The notes beneath the pieces are model-generated. The model worked only from the letters and a program-made list of their open reading frames with translations, did no database searches and was not told the DNA's origin. Both the position numbers and the translations under genes were made by a program. From NCBI GenBank assembly GCA_021613535.1, contig CP075494.1:1116001-1180000 (forward strand): a DNA stretch of 64,000 nucleotides, given 5' to 3'. Position 1 is the stretch's first letter. Every line of letters begins with the position of its first letter. Origin of the DNA: Adineta vaga. Taxonomy: Eukaryota; Animalia; Rotifera. Of this stretch, positions 35,989-47,671 are shown piece after piece.

Positions 35989-38176
35989 ACCAGGTCAAAC
36001 AGTTACTATCTTAGTGCAGAATAACGGTATAATTGACATAAAAAAGAGTTATACCTGTTTCGTGTCAATACTTAATTTAACGGCTACAGATAATTCTACA
36101 GCGAACAATGTTTGTGCAATCGAACAATTGAATATTGAAGCCAATGACAATACAAACGTCACTTTAAATCCATTATCATGTCCGAATATTATCAATGTTC
36201 ATGCTACAGATGCAGCTCATGTCAATAATATATGTGCTGTGAATTTAATGAATATAGAAACCGAGAATGTTCCTGTCGTAACTATTAATTCAACGTCAAT
36301 ATGTCCGAAACGAACTGTTATTACTGCTATAAATGCATTTGAAATTGGAAATATTTGTGCTCGTGACCAAATGAATGTAGTGATATATCAAGCTAATACA
36401 ATTACGTTCAGTTCACTATCATCATGTGCAAAATTCGGCTTTTATAATATAACACATCTTTATTTTCTTTCCGATCTTTGTTCAAACGAAGAAATGAATA
36501 TAATAGTTAGTAGCATGCCTTCTCTTACTATTAATTCATCCACAAAATGTTCAAAAAAGCTTCTTGTTGATGCTCGCAATATCTATGAAGTTCATAACCT
36601 TTGTGCAAGTGAAGAAATGAATGTAACAACCGATGCCATAAGTGTTGTTTCTATCGATTCATCAACTGTATGTCCAAAAAAGCTTCTTTTTGATGTTCAC
36701 AGAGTGTTCCAAATTACCAACCTTTGTGCAAGTGAAGAAATGAATATAACAACTTTCAATGTGTATTCTATTTCTATTGATTCATCGACTGTATGTCCAA
36801 AAAAAGTTCTTTTTGATGTTCACAGAGTGTTCGAAATTACCAACCTTTGTGCAAGTGAAGAAATGAATATAACAACTTTCAATGTGTATTTTATTTCTAT
36901 TGATTCATCGACTGTATGTCCAAAAAAAGTTCTTTTTGATGCTCACGATATAGGCACAGCTCCCAATCTTTGTGCAAGTGAAGAAATGAATATAACAACC
37001 ACTGGCATTGCCACTGTTCCTATTAATTCATCTGTTGTATGTCCAAAAAAAGTTCTTCTCAATGCTCATCATATGAACAATGTTGCTAATCTTTGTGCAA
37101 GTGAAGAAATGAATATAACAACCGCCGTCATGTATGATGTTACTATTAATTCAGTAACTGCATGTCCAAAAAAAGTTCTTCTCAATGCTCATCATATGAA
37201 CAATGTTGCTAATCTTTGTGCAAGTGAAGAAATGAATATAACAACCGCCGTCATGTATGATGTTACTATTAATTCAGTAACTGCATGTCCAAAAAATGTT
37301 ATTCTTAATGCTCATCATATGAACAATGTTGCTAATCTTTGTGCAAGTGAAGATATGAAGATAACAATTGATAGTATTAGTTTTGTTTCTATTAATTCAT
37401 CTACTATATGTCCAAAAAATGTTATTCTTAATGCTCATGATATGGACAATATTTCTAATCTTTGTGCAAGTGAAGATATGAAGATAACAATTGATAGTAT
37501 TAGTCTTGTTTCTATTAATTCATTTACTATATGTCCAAAAAATGTTATTCTTAATGCTCATGATATGGACAATATTGCTAATCTTTGTGCAAGTGAAGAT
37601 ATGAAGATAACAATTGATAGTATTAGTCTTGTTTCTATTAATTCATTTACTATATGTCCAAAAAATGTTATTCTTAATGCTCATGATATGGACAATATTT
37701 CTAATCTTTGTGCAAGTGAAGAAATGAATATGATCATAGGAAACATTCTAATGATTAATGTAAACTCTTTTTGGCCATGTCCAAAATTAGCTATTCTTAA
37801 TATTACACAAAATAGTTCTATCGTGGATATTTGTTCAGGAGAATCATTGAAAATTTATGGTTCTAATTCAACTGTTAATGCTAGTACATCTAACTGTCCT
37901 TCTGTTGCCACTGTCATAGGTACTGATGGATTAATTGTTAATGATCTTTGTTCAACAAATGAAACTTATATCGATGTTACAAATTCGACGATATCTATGG
38001 AAAAATCAAAATGTCCAACTATTGCAAATGTTATTGCAACTGTTTCAGCATTAGTTTATGTATGTGCTACAGTGGCAATTAATGCAATTGTTTCGCAAGA
38101 TGCAATAGTATACTATCAAGGACCATTGAATTATACAAATATAAGTAGTGGTGGTCAATTATTAACATGGTCGTAA
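35989..38176 (+). CDS. Cys-rich 41-aa repeat beta-solenoid protein with GIN (DUF2807)-like C-terminus; 5' exon not found
   Basis: Acceptor tttgtttcag at 35988; about 17 units of NLCASEEMNIT..INSS..CPK (123-nt period); C-terminus VYVCATVAINAIVSQDAIVYYQGP..SSGGQL. Confidence 0.7.
36590..37730 (+). repeat. 123-nt coding tandem repeat array
   Basis: CTTTGTGCAAGTGAAGA recurs every 123 nt, and adjacent units are near-identical in blocks. Confidence 0.9.
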
Positions 38177-38297
38177 TGTTTGTTCAAAAATTATTCTATA
38201 TCAGAAATCAATAACTTTTTTTTATCTACATTCCTTTATAAACAGTCCAAAAACGTTAGTATATGCACATCATTTAATCTAAGAATTCGACTCTGAA

Positions 38298-38594
38298 AAT
38301 ATGCCAAAATAATTGTAATACATTTTATCTCCCTGATATTCCAGTATCCACGCAGAGCTATAGCACAATTTAAAATATTTTTTTTTCAAAACAAAAGTCT
38401 GATTGTTTCCATTGTATAAGTATCTAGCACGAGTTATTAAACAACTCTGCAGAAAGACAAGATCGATTTTTAAAAATAGTGCAAAATAGCTGTGTTTCCA
38501 TCAGACTAAGATATACAACTAAATATGATTACATAAACGATTTTATACTGAAATATGTTTCTTAGAAAAATATTACAATCATTTTGGCACATTC
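38298..38594. mobile_element. Old MITE-like element
   Basis: Inverted ends TGCCAAAATAATTGTAATA and TATTACAATCATTTTGGCA (1 mismatch). Confidence 0.35.
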
Positions 38595-38866
38595 GATACT
38601 TCCCTCGCTACTTTTTATATCTATTCGATTTCCTTTTATGATTTAATACATATTGATTTACTTTTATTTATTCTTCTTTATATTTTGTAGATTGTGTCAT
38701 GTTTTTGTAGACATAATTTGAAAAACTATTTTAAGGTTGAAATGATGAGGATATGAATACGTTGATATAGCAGAGGATTCCAATCTTACTTATATCTTTC
38801 ATTTATCAAGCTTCAGTTTTATGATTGTCATTTTTATTTATTGAAGATTATTTTAAAAATATAATT

Positions 38867-40600
38867 ATGAGTTATACAATGATTATTACAATTGTACTTA
38901 CCTTTCTACTATTACAATGTTTGTTAGACCGAACAATAATACCATTAGAAGATTATTCAAATATTACTTATCAAATAATGAATTCAATGTTTGAAAATAT
39001 TCGTCATATCCAAAGACCAATGACAAATCACGATTTAATTGAAAATTTATCAATATTATTTATTATTATACAAAGTTTAAATGATATTGAACAAATAGTC
39101 TATACTATTCTTCGATTTTGTCTACCATCAAAATCACATCCAACTCTGTCATCAGTATCAACTGCTGACGAGTATTCACTGGTTGGCGTCCAATTACCAA
39201 TGATGAACGAAAAGGAATTTTGTATTTCAATGATTACAAGTGCTTGTAATTTAGATTGGCCAAAAGATCGTTTAATTATTCAAGTATTAGATGATTCTAC
39301 AGATGAAAAAGTTATGATAATGATTGATCAATGTGTACAGATATGGTTAGATCGAGGATATCGAATTAGTGTTGTTCGACGCGAAAACAGACACGGTTTC
39401 AAAGCAGGAAACTTAAAAAATGGTCTAGAAAAACTTCATCAATGTGAATTTATTGCATTATTCGATGTTGATTTTTTGCCAAAGAAAAATTTCTTAAAAA
39501 AAACTATACCTATTCTTTTAAAAGATCCAAAATCAGCTTATGTACAAGCACGATGGACATTTCTAAATGGAAAAGAATCATTATTAACACAAATGCAAGA
39601 AATTGTACTCAATCATCATCATATATGTGAACAAGAAGTTAAATATCGTATGTCATCCTTCTTTCAATTTAATGGATCTGCTTGTGTTTGGCGAACAAAA
39701 TCCATTTATCAATGTGGAGGATGGCATACAGATACTTTAGTTGAAGATTTAGATATTTCAGTTCGAGCTTATATAAATGGTTGGCATTCTTCTTATATAA
39801 TTGATGTTGAATGTTTAAATGAACTTCCACCTACATTTGAAGCATATCTTTCCCAACAATATCGATGGTTTAGTGGGCCTGCACAAGTATTTCGAAAGTT
39901 ATTTCAAACAGTTTGTACAACTTCTCATATTACTATTTATCGAAAATTACATTGTTTATGGATACTTTTTCGACCATGTCTTTATATTATTCGTTTTATT
40001 ATATTCTTATTGAATATAGCTATTAATGCTTGTTTACAGAAAACATCCAACATGAACATGTTTATTACGTTTTTTCCGATACTTCTAACCACAAATATTT
40101 TGTGTTATACATCGGAAAAAATTCATCTAACGATCGTCTATTCTCTTTTTTGTAATGCCATGTTATTTCATCATGCTATTTCTGCAATAGCAGGCTTTTT
40201 GAATTTGAATTCTGCTAAAAAATGGATTGTTACTCCAAAATTTGGCACTCAGACACGTTTGAATATTGAAGAAATACAAGTTGATGCTTATCATAATGAC
40301 AATACAAATGTTCAATGTTGTAACGATTGTATTCATTCGATTGTATACACCAAAAATACGTTATTGCTATGGAATATAATTAAGTATATTATCATATCAC
40401 AAACTCCAATTTTTCTTACGATTCGGCACAAATTTAACTATTTGCAAATTCATAAAGGATATTTAGTTATGACTTTGTATATTTTTGTATTTTCATATGT
40501 CGCATTTCTGAATGAACAATATCTTGTTAGTATACATTTGATATTGAATGCACTTACCTATACGATATTTGCACTCGGATATCTAGGTAGATTCAAATAA
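38867..40600 (+). CDS. GT2 processive glycosyltransferase, cellulose-synthase-like A/C (glucomannan synthase) type, intronless
   Basis: VQLPM.NE, LDWP, QVLDDSTD, GFKAGNL, FDVDF, VQARW, FNGSACVWR, TLVEDLD, ELP, QQYRW and WIVTPK, with C-terminal TM helices. Confidence 0.9.
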   Translation: MSYTMIITIVLTFLLLQCLLDRTIIPLEDYSNITYQIMNSMFENIRHIQRPMTNHDLIENLSILFIIIQSLNDIEQIVYTILRFCLPSKSHPTLSSVSTADEYSLVGVQLPMMNEKEFCISMITSACNLDWPKDRLIIQVLDDSTDEKVMIMIDQCVQIWLDRGYRISVVRRENRHGFKAGNLKNGLEKLHQCEFIALFDVDFLPKKNFLKKTIPILLKDPKSAYVQARWTFLNGKESLLTQMQEIVLNHHHICEQEVKYRMSSFFQFNGSACVWRTKSIYQCGGWHTDTLVEDLDISVRAYINGWHSSYIIDVECLNELPPTFEAYLSQQYRWFSGPAQVFRKLFQTVCTTSHITIYRKLHCLWILFRPCLYIIRFIIFLLNIAINACLQKTSNMNMFITFFPILLTTNILCYTSEKIHLTIVYSLFCNAMLFHHAISAIAGFLNLNSAKKWIVTPKFGTQTRLNIEEIQVDAYHNDNTNVQCCNDCIHSIVYTKNTLLLWNIIKYIIISQTPIFLTIRHKFNYLQIHKGYLVMTLYIFVFSYVAFLNEQYLVSIHLILNALTYTIFALGYLGRFK

Positions 40601-41394
40601 AAATTTTCAATCACATTGTTTTACATAGAAGAGAAGAGATAAATAGTTCATTTCGAGCATAGCTGTCATAATATCATTACGCTGGATATTCAGAGCTGAA
40701 CGTCTCAATACCTAATAGGATAACCAAAATAAACTTGGTGAAACGGTTTCGTTATCCAACTATCAAAATATTTAGTAGGCAAAACACAAAGTGAAGGTGC
40801 CAGGAAAGGTTCAATCATTCTTTGAAGAAGACGCTGTTTCTACTTCGATCGTAGGTCACATTACAGTGAATAATGTGTACTCACCTACACACCGGCCAGT
40901 CTGGCGAGACGTCACGTCAGATGTTGTTTCGTAGGATCTTTAGCATTTTGATAAGGTGTACTGCGCGTCATATTGCTCGTTGTCTGTTGGACGACGACCA
41001 AATTCACTCAAATTCCTCTGCTCTTAGAAGAAGGACTGATCGGTTTCAAGACGGATACCCTGGGTAATGGTATTATGACATCACTCAGATCATTCTCTTA
41101 TGTAAATGTGTAAAGAAAAGAATAAACTTTTAAGAGAACATATATCAAATGAAAGGGTGTACTTATATATCATTAATATAAAGTGATAGTAAATATTTCA
41201 TTTGTATGTGAAGACACTTTTCAAATGTATCTTTAACTGGAATCGGAAAGTTGTATATTGAAAATAAGAAAATTTTATTCAAGAATAATATTATTTTCAA
41301 CAGTAGCATTCAAAGCAGCGGAAACTGAAATTGGTCCGGTAGTGATAAGACCGCTTGAACTGTCAGTACTTAGACCACGAATTTTTGTCGACGT

Positions 41395-42034
41395 CATTCT
41401 ATCATCCGAAACTTCAGTTTCAACACTACTGCTCATGGTATTCCTCACACTGCACGAAGTAAAAATATACCAAATCGAATCTTCTGGACTGTATCAACCG
41501 TAGTTTTTACTGGTATCCTGCTCTACTTCATCATTCAGTCAGTCAAAAGTTATTTTAGTTATCCGTCACAAACCTTAGTAGATCCTGATGAAGAATGGCC
41601 ACAATTTTCCCCCGCAGTAACCAACTGCAATTATTCTCCACTTCGTCTTGACCTATTTATTAGACTATCTCTCAACTATATCAGTTCATTGAACTTGATC
41701 CAGTCTCATGATACAACTAAAATCACTCGTATACAAACATCATATATTCGTGATTTTTTCCAAGTAAACTTAATCGAGATGAATCAATGAATGAATGTTT
41801 CTTTTGTCTCGATTCAATGCTCATCAGTTGTGCTTATAATGGACAAAGTTGTTCTGCAGATGATTTTACACCCATTCTATCAAATCTCTACGGTCGTTGT
41901 TATACATTCAATACGAAAAATAAACAAATTAGAAATGGAAGTTTATTCTATATTAGTGATAATGGAGCACTTGGTTTTGTTAAGTTTACAACTCTATACT
42001 CATACTCATGAATATATACCATATCTCTCCGATG
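41395..42034 (+). pseudogene. ENaC/degenerin (ASIC) channel 5' fragment
   Basis: TTAHGIPHTARS..NRIFW..YFSYPSQT..PAVTNCN..MLISCAYNGQSCSADDF..YGRCYTFN. Frameshifts are present, and the gene is cut off in the following intron. Confidence 0.85.
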
Positions 42035-42068
42035 GTACGTGCAGATCATTATTTTTTACATACATATA

Positions 42069-43915
42069 CAGGGTGTAACATAACCTTTACGCCCCCCCCC
42101 CTCCTTTACAACCTAATGAACCAATGGTATAGTCAACTATTTTATACCAGATTAAAGCCCATCAAAAACTGCATCTAAGGGTGTAATTAGATTTAACAAT
42201 AGCTAGGCATTTATAAAAGTATCGTGAATCATATAGCAAAATCGCGTAAATTATACAATCTCGAATCAGAAAAAGAATTACTGTACCGCTCACCGATTTG
42301 AATTGTGTGTCATACGACAGCTAGTTTATTAATAATATGAGCTCCTTACAAATAAACGCTTATGACAAAGTTCAAAAATTTGTATGACTTCCTTCAGCAG
42401 CTTTGAGAGCATCAAATCTTTTCCTCATTGAACATAACAAATCCACAAAAAGATCTGTGTTGTTTTCGAGATCGATGGATGTATTCTTAACGTTAGCTCT
42501 GAGAATATCATAATTGTATCTGTTTTGATGATCTTCACTAGCCATTAATTCTTCAACTTTATCTTTGATAATTGCACCAATGTTTTTTGCCGGGTTCATA
42601 TCAGGACTGTTGCCAGGCCAAATTGAATTCCCCCAGAACTGGAGTCCTTCATCTTCTAAAAGATGCTGTGTTGCATTGGCCTTCATACATGGAGCCTTAT
42701 CATGAAGAAATAAGACTTCGTCTGTATCAAGCACATTGTTTGGGTTGCGCAGAAATGGAAACACATGTTGCTGAAGAATAATCTCGCGAAAGTAGACGCC
42801 ATCCCAAGATTGTCCCTCTTCCTTCAGAACCCAAAGAAGTTTCTTTGCGGTAAACATAATAAAAATTCCGATACATCGTGTACCTTGAACCATTTCACGG
42901 TACCTTTCATCGTCGTTGATGTCTTCGATACTTTTCGCCCAAATTCTATCATTTTGATGGTTTGGTTTTCTTACCGCATAAATAAAAATTCATCCGAAGG
43001 TGCGACATGTAGGAAATCTTCTTCAATCCAATCAGCAACATAATTTGCGAGCCATTTGCGATCTTCAACATGTGTACTTGTCTTCAATGGCTTTGCAATC
43101 ACGTGGAAAGGTTTCAATCCTTGTCGATGGTGCTCACGATGAACAGTCATATGACTCACTTGTTATCTTGTTTTTTCCAAAATTGCTCTTGCAACATTTC
43201 GAGAGCCACTTCCCCTTACACCACTTGCAGAAGAAATAATATTTTTGCTCTCCTGGGAGAGCACATGGGGTCGCCCATTTCCAAATTGTGTATAACACTC
43301 TTCGACTGTATTGTTCCAATGTCGTCTTACCCAATCTTCACTACGGCGGAGCTTTTTAGAAATCCATTGACGGGTGATAAATGAGTTTCCTGTTGATTCA
43401 ATCATTTCATCACGTATCTCACGATATGTGATACAGCGAACTCTGTCTACAAATCGCTGCTCTTCTGAGTCGTCTAGAAGACCAGCCATTTAGATTCACT
43501 AAATTTATGTATCACAGGCTTGTTTTATTGTAAATATAATTTACCTTCTATTGCTATCGAAGCAGTTATTTGTACGACTGACACACGCACACACACACAA
43601 TGAATGAGAGAAATAACGTAACTTGAATCAGTGCCCATTTAATACCGTTTCAAATGACTTTCAACTACAATTAATCAACAAGTCATTTGAATGAGGAAAA
43701 GTGACGTATTAGTTCTTTCTCTGATTCGAGATTGTATAATTTACGCGATTTTGCTATATGATTCACGATACTTTTATAAATACCTAGCTACTGTTAAATC
43801 TAATTACACCCTTAGATGCAGTTTTTGATGGGCTTTAATCTGGTATAAAATAGTTGACTATACCATTGGTTCATTAGGTTGTAAAGGGGTGGCGTAAAGG
43901 TTATGTTACACCCTG
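42069..43915 (-). mobile_element. Tc1/mariner DD37E-type element with ~210-bp TIRs, inactivated
   Basis: TA-CAGGGTGTAACATAACCTTTACGCC ... CCCTG-TA. The transposase (43489-42372) is frameshifted: SDEF, HDKAP and WPGNSPDMNPAK (E>K, 37-residue spacing). Confidence 0.9.
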
Positions 43916-44850
43916 TACACGATTCTGATTTGCGACGCTTGGCTCTCAAAAAAGCACATGGTTTGAATATTGTTGGTTTCACGGCATCTCACCATTGGAT
44001 CTTAAACTTTAAACGTCGGCATCACATTTCATCCCGAAAAGTGACAACGCTGGTTACAACAAGTCATGTGGAAGGTCGAGACAGAATATTGAAGTCCGCC
44101 GAAAATTTTGTCAAAGAGGTCGTAAACGCCATTTCCGATTATGCTGAAGATCACATATTGAACAGTGATCAATCAAGTTTCAAATACCGTATTTATGAAT
44201 TGAAGCAATTGAAAGAAAAAATTATTTTTCAAATTATAGTTACGATAATCCATCAACACGGACGTTGAAAACAACCGGTGAAAAAGTGGTAAAAGGCCAG
44301 ATCAAATCCATGAATACGGTTACTCATTCATATACGATTATGCCGATAATCCGTATGGCTGGAAAATTAATTGAACCTGTTTTTATATGTTAACAGGAGC
44401 CTGCCGGAAAACTCGAACCGCGTGTGAAACAATCAATGTATCACGCACGTAATATTCATGTTACATGCAGTAAGTCGGAAAAACTGACAAAAACACATAT
44501 TGAATATTGAGCTGAAAACATTCTAAGTCTATCAGTTACGGATGATGATTGTTTATTATGGATATTGGTGCTGGTTCTAGAAACTTCGCTTTAAAAATGC
44601 ATTCTCTGATACACAATTAACTCACAGCTAGAAGATTCTCATCTTTGATCAAATATGCCTGGTATTCCAGCGGCTATGCGTCGAAAGATCCGGGTCATTT
44701 TGAGAATGTATACGAAATATGTTTTTCTTTCGACGACGATTCATATTCTATGACAGCATGCAGTGATTTTTCTTTCATTTGGTGTAGTCATTGTCATCGT
44801 ATTCTCTGCTTAAACCATTTTTTTGTAGATGATCATAAACATGAATGAAA
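43916..44850 (+). mobile_element. pogo/Tigger (CENP-B HTH + DDE_1) transposase remnant, 5'-truncated
   Basis: VHDSDLRRLAL..FTASHHWILNFKRRHHISSRKVT..LNSDQS..THSYTIMP; Cys-rich end CSHCHRILCLNHF; several stops. Confidence 0.8.
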
Positions 44851-46321
44851 AGCCTTGTTTGTTGTGAAACAAGTAACGCGTTATTTTTCTTCATATGAAA
44901 CTGATGCAGATTCTAAAACAATCCCTTTGGTAGGGTTTTCGCTGCACATAGGACATTTAGTGAACGTTCTGTTTTCGATTATTCGTCGCAAAACGAACAA
45001 TGAAGCGCATTATGTAGAGCTATCTAACTCCTGTAAGGACGTATAGCACTTAGCTCTAATCATCATCATACGAAAAAACCTCCAAAGAAAATAGCGTAAG
45101 AAAATGTATAGACGTACAAATCTGTATAGTATAGCAAAATGTATGTGTGAAACTTTCGAAAACTGTTTTGTCTATAATTTTTTACTGAGGCTGTAAGAGC
45201 ACCTAGTTGTTTCATACCTGAGATAGGTACACCCCATCTAACAACCCTACAACATTTTCATTGAAATTCCCGAGACACACCTGGGAACCTTCCCTTGTTA
45301 GACTTCGAATCTAAGTTTAACCTGTCACGAATACGTACACATTCATGATAAAGTACGATAGTCCCACCAATACTATATGGGATAAGTTTCGAACTCTGCC
45401 GTAAGACAATCTGATGAACTCGAGAACAGAGTAATACCTGGACATTCCGTATATCTATCAAATGAGTCAATCGAAAGTAAGTTCAGTTTCAACCAGCTCC
45501 TGATTCCGATCCTCCCTCGACTTTTTCTTGTACTTACAAAAGTGTTATGGGCACTTGGGTGATATCATCTATCATAGAGCTGTCAGGATGAAATTTCACC
45601 CAAGCACCCTCCTTATCCTCGCACCCTCACACCCTCACCCTCGAGTGACTCGAGAAAGCGAACGTCACTGGGATGACTTCTCTCGAAAGACTCAGTGTAA
45701 ATGATCCAGTTTTACCATTTGAAGGGTCTTCATTGAGACTCTAAAGAATTCCATGAAACTTTACAAGACTTCGCGGGACTCCATTGGACTCCCTGGAGTC
45801 ATGGGATCCGTTGTTCCCCCTTGCTTTATACCCATGACGATCTTCTGTGCCACATCCGATTCTTTTCACAGACAACATTCGAAAACAAGACTGATTATTC
45901 CACTGTCACACTCAGTCTTTATGAACAGAAAATTATCTGCTGCTTATAAATTCAAACTACGTTGTGATTTGAATGTGTTTCTTCCAAAATCATTTGAATT
46001 CAACGGAGTTGAAGTTATCGATGCAGTTTTTGTTTATTACTCGTTAAGATCTTTGATATGGTCAAAATCGCGATTGTTGTAGTTATTTGTTTGAACACAT
46101 CTATACCCTAAACAAACCCACAGACATACAAACTATTCTTTCCGCAAGAGTCACTTTACAGTTGATGAAAGTAGCTTGTTTATTTAAATCAATGAAAAAG
46201 CGTTCCATATTCTTCACTCTGTTGAATAAAATTGTGAAAGGGCTGATCACACAGTAGTACAATCAAAATGACTATCTACTTATAAGTGATAAATGTTCAA
46301 AGTACTGCTTGTCTTTTTCGA

Positions 46322-46515
46322 TTAACGATTAGTACCACTTGCCCACGTGGGTTTATTATTCCCATCCTAAACAACAAGATTGCCATCATCTTGCATAACT
46401 AATCGATATGGATTAGCTCCTTTACCGTTTGTGTCAGATGCCCATGTTGGTGTTTCATGTTGGTCATACACAACCAAATTACCATCTTCTTGCATGATGG
46501 CATGATAAGTGTCGT
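46322..46515 (-). pseudogene. Bulb-type (GNA) mannose-binding lectin fragment
   Basis: Manual translation: IMQEDGNLVVYDQHETPTWASDTNGKGANPYRLVMQDDGNLVV*DGNNKPTWASGTNR*. Two QxDxNxVxY sites, the second with Y>stop at 46367-69. Confidence 0.85.
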
Positions 46516-46794
46516 TGCTAGATTTTAATGAATGGTCCATAGCTAAAGTCGCATTATTACCAAGAGTTGACTGTGACGATGCAATTCTTGCTCCAACTTC
46601 AATTCTCTACGGCAAAAATATCGAAGAAAAATGTTAAAGCAATTCTTGTCGAAGAAAAAAATGTCGAAACCTAAGAAGACAACGCGGATGTACGTTCACT
46701 ACCTCTTTCTAATATGTATTCAGTTTGTTGACTCCTGTGGGCAAACGGAAGTGAATAAGAAAGTTATCAATACCAAAATACTACCGTTCATTCG

Positions 46795-46998
46795 CATATT
46801 CACACCCACATTCACATCCTCTTCTTCACGATCACATTCATCTTCACCCTGCTCTCATTCTTCCCTTAATCTCACCCTTTTCCCACCCTGACCTTCACAC
46901 TCTCATCCTAACCCTCACTTCCAGCCTCGCTCTCCCTCTTACCTTCACCGTCGATATCACTTTCACACTCATTCTCATCGTCACCTCAACTGACATTC
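46795..46998. repeat. Degenerate C-rich hexameric (CCCTCA/CCCACA-like) tract
   Basis: About 200 bp almost devoid of G, with 6-nt periodicity (cacacc cacatt cacatc..caccct..aaccct cacttc). Confidence 0.55.
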
Positions 46999-47671
46999 GC
47001 AAAATGAAAATCTGTCAAAATCAATTTCGAGATTTTTTCGTTCGATTAAATCAATACATACCCTTACTACAGCCTGTGCCATATCAATCAAAGTAAGACA
47101 ATGGATGTTTGCTCTAAAAAAAGACCATATCTAAGTAATAAATACATTTAGTCTGCTGAAATCGAATGTGTTTAAACGATACTCGAGAAATCGGACTATT
47201 AACAGCGAACGTGGAGGACGAGCGTTGGGACAGCTACCATGATCTAGATTTCATTCTAACTAAAGGAATCATCAGACGGCGATATCTCGAAAGGTTAAAG
47301 AGGATCATAAGAATCAAGTTCAAGATCCGTTAAAAACTTTGAAAATACTAATGAAACATAAATACTTATAATAGTAGATGAGCTCCGTTAAAATATGAGA
47401 ACAAATTGAATTTTTACAGGTCTGTCAGCGGTTACTACTAGAAGCTAGCAGCCATCATTATCGGAAAGATATATAAAAAATTGGTGGATATCAGTACATA
47501 AGTCTTGATGTATATGAAGATTGTGAACCGTAAATATCGAATAAAGCTATGAGAAAGTAATGCAATTAGAAAGTGCTCGGAATATTACGCTGGTTTATCG
47601 CTCGTAAACTTTTTTTTATACAGAATAGTTTGTAATGGTTAAACATTTAAAAGTACCCCTTCTCTTCTTAA

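Noticed and set aside
45720-46082. GACTCC-like short repeats and a 109-aa ORF
   Set aside because: Degenerate low-complexity repeat with no recognisable protein.
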